Part shown: in pieces, positions 51,183 through 64,000 of the stretch
Position numbering within the stretch: position 1 is the stretch's first letter
Layout: every line of letters begins with the position of its first letter
Origin: Haliotis rubra
Lineage: Eukaryota
Length of the DNA stretch: 64,000 bases
Assembly (NCBI RefSeq): GCF_003918875.1
Contig: NW_025765586.1
Coordinates: 1 to 64,000 of the forward strand
Reading direction: 5' to 3'
The notes under the pieces: model-generated
Seen by the model: only the letters and a program-made list of their open reading frames with translations
The model's database searches: none
What the model was told of the DNA's origin: nothing
Made by a program: the position numbers and the translations under genes

Positions 51183-51732
51183 CAGTCCGTTTAAGTCAGA
51201 AACGGACCGATGAATTGCAAATTTTATCATTGTACAAAATTGCCACATAAATATAAATAGTACACATGTTTATCATTTACTAATACCCAACAGCTTTCTT
51301 ATATTTGAAAATTTTCCGGACTCCACCAAAAAGTTCTTTAAGAAACTATCATTAAAATTTTGACACAGTTCACTATTTGTTACGAGGGAGGAGTGCTGAG
51401 AAAGGGACAGCCAGGTGTGCAAGAAAGGATGGAGACGGCACAGCACAGGCTAATGAATAAATATCTTGGTGGGCACTTGTGCACGTGCTTCTCTAACACC
51501 TGGCTGTCCCTTTCTCTGCACTCCTCCCTCGTAACAAATAGTGAACTGTGTCAAAATTTTAATGATAGTTTCTTAAAGAACCTTTTTGGTGGAGTCCGGA
51601 AAATTTTCAAATATAAGAAAGCTGTTGGGTATTAGTAAATGATAAACATGTGTACTATTTATATTTATGTGGCAATTTTGTACAATGATAAAATTTGCAA
51701 TTCATCGGTCCGTTTCTGACTCAAACGGACTG
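51183..51732. mobile_element. Near-perfect palindromic MITE (~240-bp arms), flanked by TA
   Basis: TA|CAGTCCGTTT..AGAAACGGACCGATGAATTGCAAATTTTATC... is mirrored by ...GATAAAATTTGCAATTCATCGGTCCGTTTCTGACTCAAACGGACTG|TA. Confidence 0.88.
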
Positions 51733-52121
51733 TACCCTTTGATGACAAGATTTTATACTGTTTAAATATATTCCATGTATTTGTTATTGACGTACAATGT
51801 TCTCTTGTCACGATGAGGCTGAAGTATAGCCGATGTGACGAGACATTTTAATTCGCTCACCCACATGTAACATGGATGTTAGCAAGCTGTATACGTTTCT
51901 CATTAACTAATTTCAGAGAGAAACAGTTTTACCTTTTAAATACAGTCTCCAAATCCGTAGAAATTATGAGCGATCCCTAGGATCGTCTAATTTGGTCCAG
52001 CCTGGGTACTCAGTACCTTTCAATAGTTTCAACTGCAGGCAATGCTATACGAGATGAACATGGTTTTGACGACGTTACATAACTTTTAAATGAAATTAAT
52101 TGATCTTAGTTCCAGTGTTGA

Positions 52122-52288
52122 AGGGGCGGTGGGGTAGCCTGATGGTTAAAGCGTTCGCTCGTCACGCCAAAGACCCGGGTTCGATTCCCCACATGGGTAC
52201 AATGTGTGAAGCTCATTTCTGGTGTGCCCCTCCGTGATATTGCTGGAATATTGCTAAAAGCGGCGTAAAACCAAACTCACTCACTCAC
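52122..52288 (+). mobile_element. tRNA-derived SINE (family A), full length
   Basis: A/B boxes, (CACT)n tail, TSD TCCAGTGTTGA. Confidence 0.92.
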
Positions 52289-52478
52289 TCCAGTGTTGAT
52301 CATATTGACTCCAGCTCGAAAACACTGCAGGAGAGTGTGGATGTAATGAGTGGCAAATGTGACGAGGTTGTCAAGTTGCAAACACCAGCCGTGGAGAAGA
52401 AACCTGACTCGAGTTAACCTACATCAAGGGTGACATTAGAGAGGACAAATCCTGTATAGATGCACTAACGCAGAAAAG

Positions 52479-52728
52479 NNNNNNNNNNNNNNNNNNNNNN
52501 NNNNNNNNNNNNNNNNNNNNNNNNNNNNNNNNNNNNNNNNNNNNNNNNNNNNNNNNNNNNNNNNNNNNNNNNNNNNNNNNNNNNNNNNNNNNNNNNNNNN
52601 NNNNNNNNNNNNNNNNNNNNNNNNNNNNNNNNNNNNNNNNNNNNNNNNNNNNNNNNNNNNNNNNNNNNNNNNNNNNNNNNNNNNNNNNNNNNNNNNNNNN
52701 NNNNNNNNNNNNNNNNNNNNNNNNNNNN
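52479..52728. other. Assembly gap (N run), followed by a (CT)n microsatellite at 52729-52838
   Basis: Run of N. Confidence 1.
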
Positions 52729-52789
52729 CTCGCTCTCTCTGTCTGTCTCTTTGTGTCTCTCTCTCTCCGTGTATCTCTCTCTCTCTCTT

Positions 52790-52822
<33 letters not shown>

Positions 52823-54016
52823 GTCTCTGTCTCTCTCTAGTTTCTAGATAAATGGCTAACATTACCTACAAGGGATGGTATAAATCCAGCTGGAGAACTG
52901 TGCAGGAAGCAAAAGTATTGTAAGTCCCAATAGTCCCTAGTATAGTGACATAACGTCCGTTGCTGGCAATCTCTTGCCACTTTTTATCTCGTATCGTTAA
53001 TTGTAAGCTTATGATTTTAATTTTCTTTGATCTGTGATAGTCTAGTAATTTTACTGTCCTTCGTTGGCAGGGTTTTATATATTATATGTATTGATCATGA
53101 ATTTAGAACTACTTTTAGTCACGATAATGACTGAAATATTGCCGATGTGACTTCAAATCTGAACTCACTCACTCACTCATCTTACTTTCTTAGACCTTAT
53201 GCAATATGCAGATGTCTTGCCATATCATATTGCTACATTTGTGTGAGTTTAAATTTGCTTGTCTGTTTGTTGTCTAAAGCTGTAACTGGCAATACACCAT
53301 CTACTTGTACATGTAAATAATAGTCTGATACAGACAATCCAGTGATTGGCAACATGAGATTCGCGTTTCGCAAATGAGTTACGATGACAGGCATCAGCCT
53401 GGCCACACGATGATGTTACTCGCCTCTTACGACAGTCAGGGGTTGCTGGAGACCAATTCCATCCCGGATATGCAAGCGTCCAACATGTTTTTAACCTTTG
53501 AGATGGATATAGGTTATTGAATATATACTGAGGGAAAAAGTAAGGGGTCACATGAAAGCACAAGTGTTCCTTTATTTTATTCAAGGTTTCTTCACAAGCG
53601 TAGTATCGTTGTATCGCATAGCTTGTGAAGAAACCTGGAAACGAATAAAGGAACACTTGTGTTTTCATGTGATCCCTTATTTTTTTCCCTCAGTATATGT
53701 CAAAGTCAGTGTAATGGTATCGATGTCAGTGTTACGATTGGACGTACGTCTCAATGCATAAATTTCACGATAGGCAATTAGCACAATGTTTGTCAATTTA
53801 CAGCTGGTCTCTGCATAAACTTTATCTTACAGTGGGGACTGTAATTAATGCAATTGCCTATCACCACTGACTGACTGACTGAGTTTGGTTTTACGCCGCT
53901 TTTAGCAATATTCCAGCAATATCACGGCGAGGGACACCAGAAATGGGCTTCACTCATTGTACCCATGTGGGCCTATCACCAAGCTACATGTGATCACAAT
54001 AAGCTATTCAATACAC

Positions 54017-54477
54017 TAGGACTGCACGGTATTACCGGTTTACCGGTATACCGTAATACGCTTTTCAGACGATAATGTATTGCCATATTTTTTCTGAGAA
54101 CCGGTATATTGGGTAAAGAACATCTATGAAGTTTTTGTGATTTTGTTTATGGTTTAAATTTAAAATCTACAGACTTTCATTCACAACAAATGTTTTCTTC
54201 GTTATTCAATGACAAGACGGCAAACTGTAATATTATAAATTGTATAAAAAGAAAATAGAATCCCTGACTATGCAACCTAATTATGAGATCACTGTTATCA
54301 GAACCATAACATATATTTTTATAGGGACTTATCATGTAGAAAATAGGATCGACATGTTCAGTACGTGTCACTTACTGTCAAACACTTAATTTCCAATATA
54401 TCGCTATACGTACAGCAATACGGGTAGCTGAATCGCAATATATTGCAATACAATGTATTTGCCAATACACAGCCCTA
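54017..54477. mobile_element. hAT-like MITE (uninterrupted relative of the host element at 8518-9371)
   Basis: Termini TAGGACTG / CAGCCCTA; 8-bp TSD CAATACAC/CAATAGAC; subterminal ACCGGT and CGCAATA repeats. Confidence 0.78.
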
Positions 54478-54956
54478 CAATAGACGCATTAGATGCATTA
54501 AAACTTTGCACGTATTCATGAAACAGTACCCGATGACTCGACCTGACTTGTCTGTTTTAGTGACCCAGGAATATAATACCGCAAAAAATACCTCTAATAC
54601 AAGGCTACATAGTTTAACAAGTATAGTTACCTTCAGTTACAAACGCCCTTCTTCTATCACACTTAGAAGAGGTTCCTTGTATTATGGCCACTTCATGGGT
54701 GAAGCTAGTATGCCTTGAAAACAGGCACATCTCGCTGACTTAAATGACGCAACCATTCTGTTAGGCTAGCGTAACGTGAGACTATGTAAGTTCGCTCACA
54801 TTTTGCCATTACCTGACAATTTCAAGAGAATTTAGAGAAAGGTCGTGAAGGATTTGCATATGTTCTGTTTCGAAGGTGGAACTAATAAGTATGAGATGAG
54901 GATAACTAGGATCGACGGTTTTCGATCTGTTGCATCTGTATTCTATTTTAATCGTG

Positions 54957-55231
54957 GACCCGTGAAGATCCTGGGTAGAATAGGTCTTCAGCAACCCATG
55001 CTTGCCATAATAGGCGACTTTGCTTGTCTTAAGAGGCGACTAACGGGATCGGTTGGTCAGGCTCGCTGACTTGGTTGACACATGTCATCGGTTCCCAATT
55101 GCGCAGATCGATGCTCATGCTGTTGATCACTGGATTGTCTGGTCCAGACTCGATTATTTACAGACCGCCGACATATAGCTGGACAATTGCTGAGTGTGGC
55201 GTAAAACTAATCTCACTCACTCACTCACTCA
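54957..55231 (+). mobile_element. SINE family B (long variant)
   Basis: TSD CTATTTTAATCGTG; (CACT)n tail. Confidence 0.9.
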
Positions 55232-58055
55232 CTATTTTAATCGTGATGAACATGCTACTCTACAATCAGTTGAATTGATACATTAATCTTCAACACTTCG
55301 GACTCATACCCTAACTCTTAGAGTCAGGCACGTAACAGCTCACACAATCTCAGAGACCTGACCCACTCAGCTACCGCGGCTCCCCATGAATGAGTGCCAC
55401 AGTATGCCACAGTAAGTGAAAGACAGTGTCCAGTTTGATGGCACACAGTCTACCAGGTCGCACCTTGTGGACTTAAGTCTTTACTTCATATGTTCTTCCC
55501 CCACCAATTACCATCCGGCTCAAGAAGAATTTTCGAAATGTCAAACCCATTACTAAGACCCACAATAACACACACAGAGTGGTACTTTGATGCCAAAGTA
55601 TGTCCAAAGCATGTCTGCACGTCTAGATTTCTTCAGTATGAAAATGACTTTTATTTTAACATATAATTTACAAAAATACTCCTGCGAGGGTACGTAAGTC
55701 CCATTTCGTTGACAGTACTTTTCACTTCCGCCATTTCAATCGTAGAATATATAATCTTTAATTATCCATATGGTGAAACATAACCAGTGTCATATATATC
55801 ATATGTGCACATATCACTTTTGCCTAGCAACCATTGTTTCTGTATTTCATCGTCTGTGACGTCATTAAACAATTGTACGTGACGTCAATGAACAGGGCAG
55901 TCAAACTTGCTTACCGTGTTTTACTGCACAAATGCAGCTGCTCTCGCTCGGGCGATACAAAGTTTCACACTCGTTTCGTATAAGTCGTATGACACACTTG
56001 CTCGTGTAATAATTTCTATTTAATACATGGCTAATTTGCACAATAATCACCAACGCCAAATTATGTCCATAACGCTAGGGTCCATACAGGTCCCCATGGT
56101 CCCTAGTATGGTGGTCTGTTTTCAGTTCCTGTTGATCTACAACCCGTGTTTATTTTGTATTGTTCTCTATAATGATACTTTTGTATTGTAACATGCCAGT
56201 TTTAAGTGAAAATACCAACTAGTTTTAGTGCCCATTGATGACATGTATTTATGTTCTAAGTGTATTTACTTTAAATATATAAATATACTACTTACACTTT
56301 GCTAAGGATCACATAATTCACAATTTTACTTAAACGTAGATTCATAATTTGAAATTGTATCCATTTAAAACTGGATAAATAATAATATGGTAACCCATCT
56401 TTAGGCAAACAGTCACTTTAATCTAACCTTATGCACTTGATACATGAATAATCATAAAAATGGTTTTCATGGCACCAACCAACCATTTTGCAAATCATGG
56501 AACGAGTCATTGACAAGTACACAACACCTGTCAGTAGCAGGTATGGGATTTACAAGATGAAAGGGCATACTGAAAACTAGGGTCCATGCTTGCAATAAGC
56601 TTAGATATTTAAACCAAATTTGACCATCACAGTTTTCTCTTGAATCCATGATTTGATCCTAGCAAAGTGTGAATGGTATAATATCATATAATATATATAT
56701 ACCCCTCTACTAGGGTTTGTTAGACTCAGTATAGCAGTGTAACGAATAATACTGGGCCTAAGTTTATTTAAACTGCAGCTTTGGCCTACTCTCAGTCTTT
56801 TGTTATGTATCATGCTTATCGATGCGAGTTTATGTATTTCGTAAACATCAGACAAAAGAAAAAAACAGATTATGTAGTGTTTGTGTCGCTTTTCTTACTG
56901 CTCATGAGGCTGAACCGTAATAAATATGATCGCCACAATAGTTCCGCTTAGAAGTGTAGTCCTATTTACCTCTAATGTTCATTTCCACATCGTAAAGGGT
57001 ATCTGCCAGACTGCTCGCTTTCAATATCTCAGGAATGAATCACAAACGGTGATGTCACGGGGAAAGTTGAGGTCACCCGCAACAAACTTAGTCCTAGGCC
57101 AAAAGCAAGAAAAGTGCCTATGTTGTAGAATCTCTCGGCAGCAGAGAAAGTGTCAGCTATAATTAGTATGACACCTCCCACTCTCAAGAAATTCCTGTCA
57201 CTTTGGAACTAGCCACAAAATGTTCAGGTTACTGACAACAAACAAGGTTTATCCCACTGCTTGTCTCACACAGTCCACGTCTAAGATATGAGGACGCAGG
57301 TTACCCGTAGCCAGATTGTGATAAACAGAATTGATTGTATGGAAAATGGTGCACATTATAAACTTAATCGCCTTTATCAGATATGTTTTTTAGTCGAGAA
57401 GAGGTTTACTGTACATAAACAAAGGGGCAGGGTTCAAAGCACGAACTTGAACAGGTGCATTGGGGAGTTATAAACCTTTGATATACATAGTGTGTTACGG
57501 TTTAGGAATTACTGAGATAAAAGGTTTATAGTCCCTTTTAAACCAGCAAAATATACACAAACAAGTCTATAATATTCCATTATATAATCACAAACAATTA
57601 AAGTTACAAGGAATGACAGTACAGATTTCTAATACAATTCTATTTGATCACAAATCTAAAATATTGGGTTACAAATCTAAACTATTAATTCACCAAAGTA
57701 TTGATATTTCCAGTAAAAACAGATGTACTGATCGAAAGATTGTTGACAGCTGTTGAAAGTTTAGTGTAGACAAGGCCAGTTGAGACGTCGGTCTTGAAAC
57801 GTTAATGTTAGCAGTCAGATGAGCGTAAATCCAAAGTAGTAGTCCCGTCATACAATCCCTTATACACCTATTATATAGTTCTGGAGAATTCCAGGCCACA
57901 CTACAACCAGAAATTACAGCTTCCACAGTCCGAACGGAAGCAAAACAAAGGGGATGTAACTCCCGAGCTTACTCTTAACACGTGAAACACAGCCTAAGTT
58001 CAAGGTGTGAGTTCAAATCCACACACAGCACTTTAAACTTTTGTGACCCATAATC

Positions 58056-58324
58056 GTGAGTGAGTGAGTTTAGTTTTACGCCGCACTCAGCAATATCCCA
58101 GCTATATGGCGGCGGTCTGTAAATAATCGAGTCTGGACCAGACAATCCAGTGATCAACAGCATGAGCATCGATCTGCGCAATTGGGAACCGATTACATGT
58201 GTCAACCAAGTCAGCGAAACTGACCACCCGATCCCGTTAGTCGCCTCTTACGACAAGCATAGTCGCCTTTTATGGCAAGTACATGGGTTGCTGAAGATCT
58301 ATTCTACCCGGATCTTCACGGGTC
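58056..58324 (-). mobile_element. SINE family B (long variant)
   Basis: TSD GTGACCCATAAT. Confidence 0.9.
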
Positions 58325-58662
58325 GTGACCCATAATAACTAAAAGGTAATCAATTTTGAGGACACCTTGTTTATTCTTCGTGATAAACTATTTTCCAAAG
58401 ATAAGAACTGACATTTCTTTTTAGCATACATGATATGGAACCTGCTTAGTTATCTAAGGTTATGAATTGTTCACTAGTATTGTCTGCCCTAGACACTGAG
58501 TCAAAATAGGTGTACAGTATATTCCTTCGGGTAACTGAGACTTGAGTAAACAATAATGTCTGGATTCCGAAGAAAAAAGAGGTAATACCAAGTGTGGGCA
58601 TGTTTACTCTTTTATTACAGTTTTGACACAGGGAATCAATAATACATTGTAATTATTTAAAA

Positions 58663-58934
58663 TACCCGTGAAGATCCGGGGTAGAATAGGTCTTCAGCAA
58701 CCCATGTGCTAGCCATAAAAAGGTGACTATCTTGTCGTAAGAGGCGACTAACGGGATCGGGTGGTCAGTTTCGCTGACTTGGTTGACACATGTCATCGGT
58801 TCCCAATTGCGCAGATCGATGCTCATGCTGTTGATCACTGGATTGTCTGGTCCAGACTCGATTATTTACAGACCGCCGCCATATAGCTGGAATATTGCTG
58901 AGTGCGGCGTAAAACTAAACTCACTCACTCACTC
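58663..58934 (+). mobile_element. SINE family B (long variant)
   Basis: TSD AATTATTTAAAA. Confidence 0.9.
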
Positions 58935-60139
58935 AATTATTTAAAAAGAGGAAAATTAATGAATTTGTTCACTTAGATAGCTCATACAGTTGTGTCATAA
59001 AGTTAAGGACCTAACGGTTCACTTGTTAGTGAATACAACTGTCTGTATCTGTGTTTTTATTGTAATAAGTCGTGTCTGCTTTGCATGACCTATAAATAGT
59101 GTACAGAAGGTCAGTTATATAAACACACACCCCCCCCACACACACATATCCACACCCACCCACCCACCTACACAGTAACGCGCGCACGCCACACACACAG
59201 ACAGTCACGCGCGCGCACGCATATACGCACACGCATACGCACGCACTCACGCTCCCTAACATACATATCACTATGGGTCGATCTTTGTTGCAAGCAGGTT
59301 TCATGAGGTTAAAACTGGCATCATAAAGTTTAATGTCAAATTCAAATATAAAGGAGTCAACATGATAGATCTTCACCTGATGTGAAAATGCCGAGGTTTA
59401 GTCAGAATAAAACTTAAGACGGTATCTGGTGTGTAAAAACAAAACAAATTACCACCCACAAGTTAATAATTTGCCGTCACAAAAGGTTTAAGAGTCCCCT
59501 TTGAACCAGCAAAATAGAACGCAGACAAGTCTAAAATCTTCAATAATATATTGACGAACAATGAGCAATCTACAATGAATGACAATACAGATATCTAGTA
59601 CAATGCAATTGAGTCACAAATCTATAATGTTGGGTCACAAATATAAAATATTAACTCACCAGAGTCTTGACGTTTACAGTGAGAGCAGATATATACTGAA
59701 TGAATGTTGTTTACAATGAGAGCAGTTAGGCACGCGAGGTCAGTCTTGAAATGTAGGTCAGACGATGATGATGGCAGACAGATGTACACAAATCCAGTTA
59801 TGTAATAAAGTCCCATGTGATTCCGAGTCGCACTACACAACAACCAGCCCCCATATAGCTCTCACACAGTTCTCGAGCATTCCAGCAAAGTCAGGCTGCA
59901 CCATTATTCTCTCAGAACTCTATGTCGAATTCGTCGAACATGCGACATAACAAAACAAAATAAACAAGCCAAGGGAGGTAGCTCTGGAGCTATCAAAAAG
60001 GCGTGACGCCAAAAACACCATTGCCATTGAACATACAACCCACACCCAAAACATTGTGATCCACAACAATTATCACTCAATCAATGTTATTGCAAATTAC
60101 AAAAAACACACCCTCATAACACTGTGTTTCTAATGATCT

Positions 60140-60570
60140 CAGTACATTATGGTGTGGTTGGACACGCTAACGAACCCAATGTGACAGTTATGTTCCCGAA
60201 CCATTGAAAAACATGTTAAATCAATGTCAGTATTGTAACACTCTATTTACCCATTACCAACTATCATTTATTAAATATATTACAAACCTTACCCTGGTCA
60301 TACGAAATTTCAGGGTATTGAAGTCCATGTTGTGACAGATTTACTGAGACAACAGAGCATTCCGGTACTCCCCTTGTGAGCTGTTTCTCCGGAACTGTCC
60401 CCTATTGGGCATAGTTGGGATGAAATGGAACGACGTTTACGTTAAGCCCAGAATCAGCCATCAACGTTAGCTATTTTGGTACAAGTGTTGGTTCAGACAT
60501 GAAAAACACCGCTTAGTGTCGTAATTGTCAAGTCTGCACCAAAGCCAATGGTGGACACACACAATACTGA
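60140..60570 (+). mobile_element. Tc1-like transposase relic
   Basis: VTDLLRQQSIPVLP, AVSPELSPIGHSWDEMERRLR (compare Tc1 SPDLNPIExxW), C-terminal CTKANGGHTQY-stop. Confidence 0.72.
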
Positions 60571-60795
60571 ATTTGTGAACTGGTGTTTTACACCACACCT
60601 TTTCAAGGGCGTGTCACGATGCCTTGTGTCAAATCATACAGATTTTGATATTATCCTGTCAACAGTTAAACAGTGATTACGGAAAAGCCTACGGATCATG
60701 TTATTATCTTTTTTGAATCAACATGGCATAACATCAAATAATGCACAGTTACTTTATGATCGCTTAAAATACACACGGCTTCCACAGTACGTGCG

Positions 60796-60942
60796 ACCCG
60801 TGAAGATCCGGGTTAGAGTATTGATCTTCAGTAACCCATGCTTGTCGTAAGAGGCGACTAACGGGATCGGGTGATCAGGCTCGCCATATAGCTGGAATAT
60901 TGCTGGGTGCGGCGTAAAACTAAACCCACTCACTTACTCACT
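60796..60942 (+). mobile_element. SINE family B, internally deleted
   Basis: Both ends retained; TSD CAGTACGTGC. Confidence 0.85.
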
Positions 60943-61289
60943 CAGTACGTGCACTACAGTACGTGTACTTCTTGGCTGCTTCCTTTATTCCTTAATGCCC
61001 CATAGTCTGCAACATGGTGATCTACTTTCAGTTGTTGGCAATCTATAGCCCATGTTTATATTGTATTGTTGCATGTATAATTATTGTTTTATGATAAATT
61101 GCTAGTTTTACGTCTTAATTTGTGTAATTTTACTGTCCTTTGTCGATAGATACATTTTGATATACACAACTCTCACAGTGAAAATAGGGCTGAAATAATG
61201 CAGATGTGACTTTAATTACATTTTAACTCAAACTAACTCACCATTCCGTAATGATGTTGAGGAATTTCTAACTGAAAAGAATGTGGTGG

Positions 61290-62210
61290 AATTGATATTG
61301 ATGATACGTCTCTGAATGTGTACATTATTTGCATTTCTATATGCTTCAAATAAGGATGACTCTCAAAGACTTCTTTGTACATTTGACCCGTTTTGGGATA
61401 AATGGAAGCTAAAGATAATGTATGAACAAATGCAAACTTCTCATATTTGGTAATTTAAAGATAGATTATTCCACTACGTTTACTCTAAATAATATTGTGT
61501 TAAAAAACTGTGAATACCTTGGAGGAAAGTTGAAAAAGTTATGTACCTTCGATTGCAACAAGCAATTATTGTGTGAAAAAAAAATCAAAGTCAATGCATT
61601 AATTTTCATACTGACCAAAGTTAGGTTACGTAAAATTTCGATATCCTGCCATTACAATTATTTGATGCAGTAATAATCCCCATCCCAATTTATGATTCAG
61701 AGTGAGTGAGTATGGTTGAAATAAGCAAGATTCCAGCAATATCACGGCTGGGGACACCAGAAATGGGCTTCACATATTGCACCCATATGGGGAATCGAAC
61801 CCAGGTCTTCGACATGACGAGCGGACGCTAGGTTACCCCACAGCCCCTATGGTTCGGAATTCGAAATCAAGGGTTTTGAAAATGGGACTATGGCGGAAAC
61901 GATTCACCTTGATTGTATATAAAAGTGTTACCTATCTGAAATGACACTCTACTTTATGCACGTGCATTTTACAATTGTAATGGACAAAACTAATCAATGA
62001 AAAATCGCCATCAATGTTCTCTATTATGCATAAATTATTGCTTGATAAATGCATAATAATTATTTTAACAAATGGATCTCAGCAATTCAAAATATTTTTA
62101 CAAGGTTACAATGATGTTTGGATATATCATTCTTCATGCATACCAAACTATTTTAAATGTATGGTCTTTGAAATCAGTTCACCCAACATTGGCACTTTGA
62201 CATGAGGCAT
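61290..62210 (+). mobile_element. Decayed LINE ORF2 fragment interrupted by a family A SINE (61700-61848, minus strand)
   Basis: IDDTSL, WKLKI, KCKLLIFG..FTLNNIVLKNCEYLG resemble late RT/thumb motifs. Confidence 0.5.
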
Positions 62211-62355
62211 CCTCAAAATCTTGATTCAATAAACTTAACCAAAAAAATAAGTTAAAACAGAATTCTACCTAGGTACCGGCCTTGTTACAAGCTTCCATTC
62301 TGTACATGCAATGGCAGAACAAATATATCTATTGTTATTATACAAGAAGTTATTC

Positions 62356-62594
62356 ACCCGTGTTTATCCGGGTTAGAATTGATCTTCAGTAACCCATGCT
62401 TGTCGTAAGACGCTACTAACGGGATCGGGTTGTCAGGCTCGCTGACTTGTTTGACACATGCCATCGTATCCCAGTTGTGTAGATCGATGCTCATGCTGTC
62501 ACTGGATAGTCTAGTCCAGGCTCGATTTTTTACAGACCGCCGCCATATAGCTAAAATATTGCTGAGTGCGGCGTAAAACTAAACTCACTCACTC
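62356..62594 (+). mobile_element. SINE family B
   Basis: TSD CAAGAAGT(T/C)ATTCA. Confidence 0.88.
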
Positions 62595-63599
62595 AAGAAG
62601 TCATTCAATGTTTAAACTATGGAAATGTAAATATAAACTGATAACGAATGATCAATTTCTGTAAATGTACATGTATTATAACAGCTTAAAAGCGACTAGA
62701 GTACATACTGTCCTCTGTTAACCCTTCACATGCTATCTCTTGTAGCCTTGAGTGAAAGTTCAGTTCAGTTCAGTTGAGTACACATATCACAGCACACTTT
62801 TTATCTGGTTATACTTGTATTTACATTCCACAGTGCTGTTGATGGATCGTTTTGTTATACACGCCCTTGCATGGCAAGCGGTTTCTATGATTACAAGTCT
62901 AATCTTGCTATGTTGGTTTGTCTGTAAATGAACGCGCTGGTATATTGTGGCATCGATTTTGCGGGAACGTAAGCCGTCAGTATTTTTTATGTTTCTCGTC
63001 ATTTCCTTAGCCAATAATAGAGCTGACGGGCGAAGAATTGGGTGTAAAAGATATATAAAAAAAGGTATTTCACTAATGGTATTATTTGTGTTAAACTTAT
63101 TTATGAAAAGTTTTAAAAAAGGTCACTTGGTTATAATCTATAATAATAATAATAAATTTATGATGTAGATCGAGCCGCTTTTCTTATGAAACACGTATCC
63201 CTATTGTGTAGATCGATTCTCATGCTGTTGATCACCTGATTGTCTGGTCCAGACGCGATTATTTACAGACAGCCGCCATATAGCGGTAATATTTTTGAGT
63301 GCGGGGATCAAAAAGTAATATTAATATACAATTTTATTTTAGCTCCCTCTTTGATTTTGGAACTAAAACACAGCAGAATTTTAACATAAACATTCCAACT
63401 GGAAGTAAATGAGGGCTGATTTAACCCCAAGTGTATATGTACGAGGGGCAATATTGTAGCTATGACCGACATGACGTTATGAACCGACATTATTGTTGGC
63501 GCCTAAAATCAAGCTATGTATAGCTTCAAGGAACGTAGTGGTTGAGATCCTAACTTTGGCTTTTGGATTGATCTGTATTCTGAAATCCTCTTATTAGAT

Positions 63600-64000
63600 T
63601 GGTGGGCTGTGGGGTGTGGTGGGTTGGGGGAGGGGGAGTGTATGTTGTGTGTGTGTTTTGGGGGTTGGGATGGGTGTGTGTGTTTTGGGGGTTGGGATAG
63701 GTGTGTTTTGGGGGGGGTTGGGGGATGGGTGTGTGTGTTTGGGGGTTGGGATGGGTGTGTGGGTGGTTTGGGGGTTGGGATGGGTGTGTGTGTTTGGGGG
63801 TTTGGGATGGTGTGTGTGTTTGGGATGGGGGTTGGGATGGGTGTGTGTGGTTTGGGGGGTTGGGATGGGTGTGTGTGGTTTGGGGGTTGGGATGGGGTGT
63901 GTGTGGTTTGGGGGTTGGGATGGGTGTGTGTGTGGTTTGGGGGTTGGGATGGGTGTGTGTGGTTTGGGGGTTCGGGGTGTATGTGTGTGGTTTGGGGGTT
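63600..64000. repeat. G/T-rich minisatellite, ~25-28-bp unit GGGGGTTGGGATGGGTGTGTGTGGTTT
   Basis: Tandem copies running to the window end. Confidence 0.9.

Noticed and set aside
52122-52200. Apparent tRNA genes (A/B boxes) here and at 3216, 7450, 16694, 32849, 37120, 46770 and 61780
   Set aside because: Each continues into a common body and (CACT)n-type tail, several with TSDs; these are SINE heads.
55075-55278. Recurrent ORFs MTHVIGSQLRRSMLMLLITG and MINSMSIDLRNW (also 19431, 43273, 46058, 57975, 58150, 58653)
   Set aside because: Chance translations of SINE family B.
63600-64000. Telomere
   Set aside because: The unit is not TTAGGG and is long and degenerate.

Overview
This is animal genomic DNA: AT-rich, with GT-AG introns and dense SINE/LINE/MITE content. 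The SINE repertoire suggests a mollusc, plausibly an algivorous gastropod such as abalone (inference). Bases 1-47,300 hold a tandem array of a 3-exon secreted glycoside hydrolase: coding exons of 231, 133 and 1463 bp, 608 aa, with a ~16-aa signal peptide. There are six full-length copies (B-G), one partial copy at the window start (A), one inverted exon-1-only pseudogene (H) and two small exon-3 relics. The protein has clan GH-A catalytic motifs (EVINEP, VGGP, DFFSFHSY, IVSEFG) and a C-terminal domain ending KLSFSETGGYVSTVAVIV. From recalled motifs, not a search, it most resembles bacterial GH86 beta-porphyranase/beta-agarase (BpGH86A type). It therefore looks like a bacterial-type red-seaweed galactan hydrolase domesticated and amplified in an animal genome, with a conserved GATA+TATA promoter, divergent active-site loops and mosaic copies. 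Only copy G has intact reading frames; most lesions elsewhere look like consensus indel errors. Bases ~1-12.5 kb nearly duplicate ~29.7-42.5 kb. The rest is repeat: three SINE families, LINE, Tc1 and DIRS relics, MITEs, minisatellites and two N gaps.
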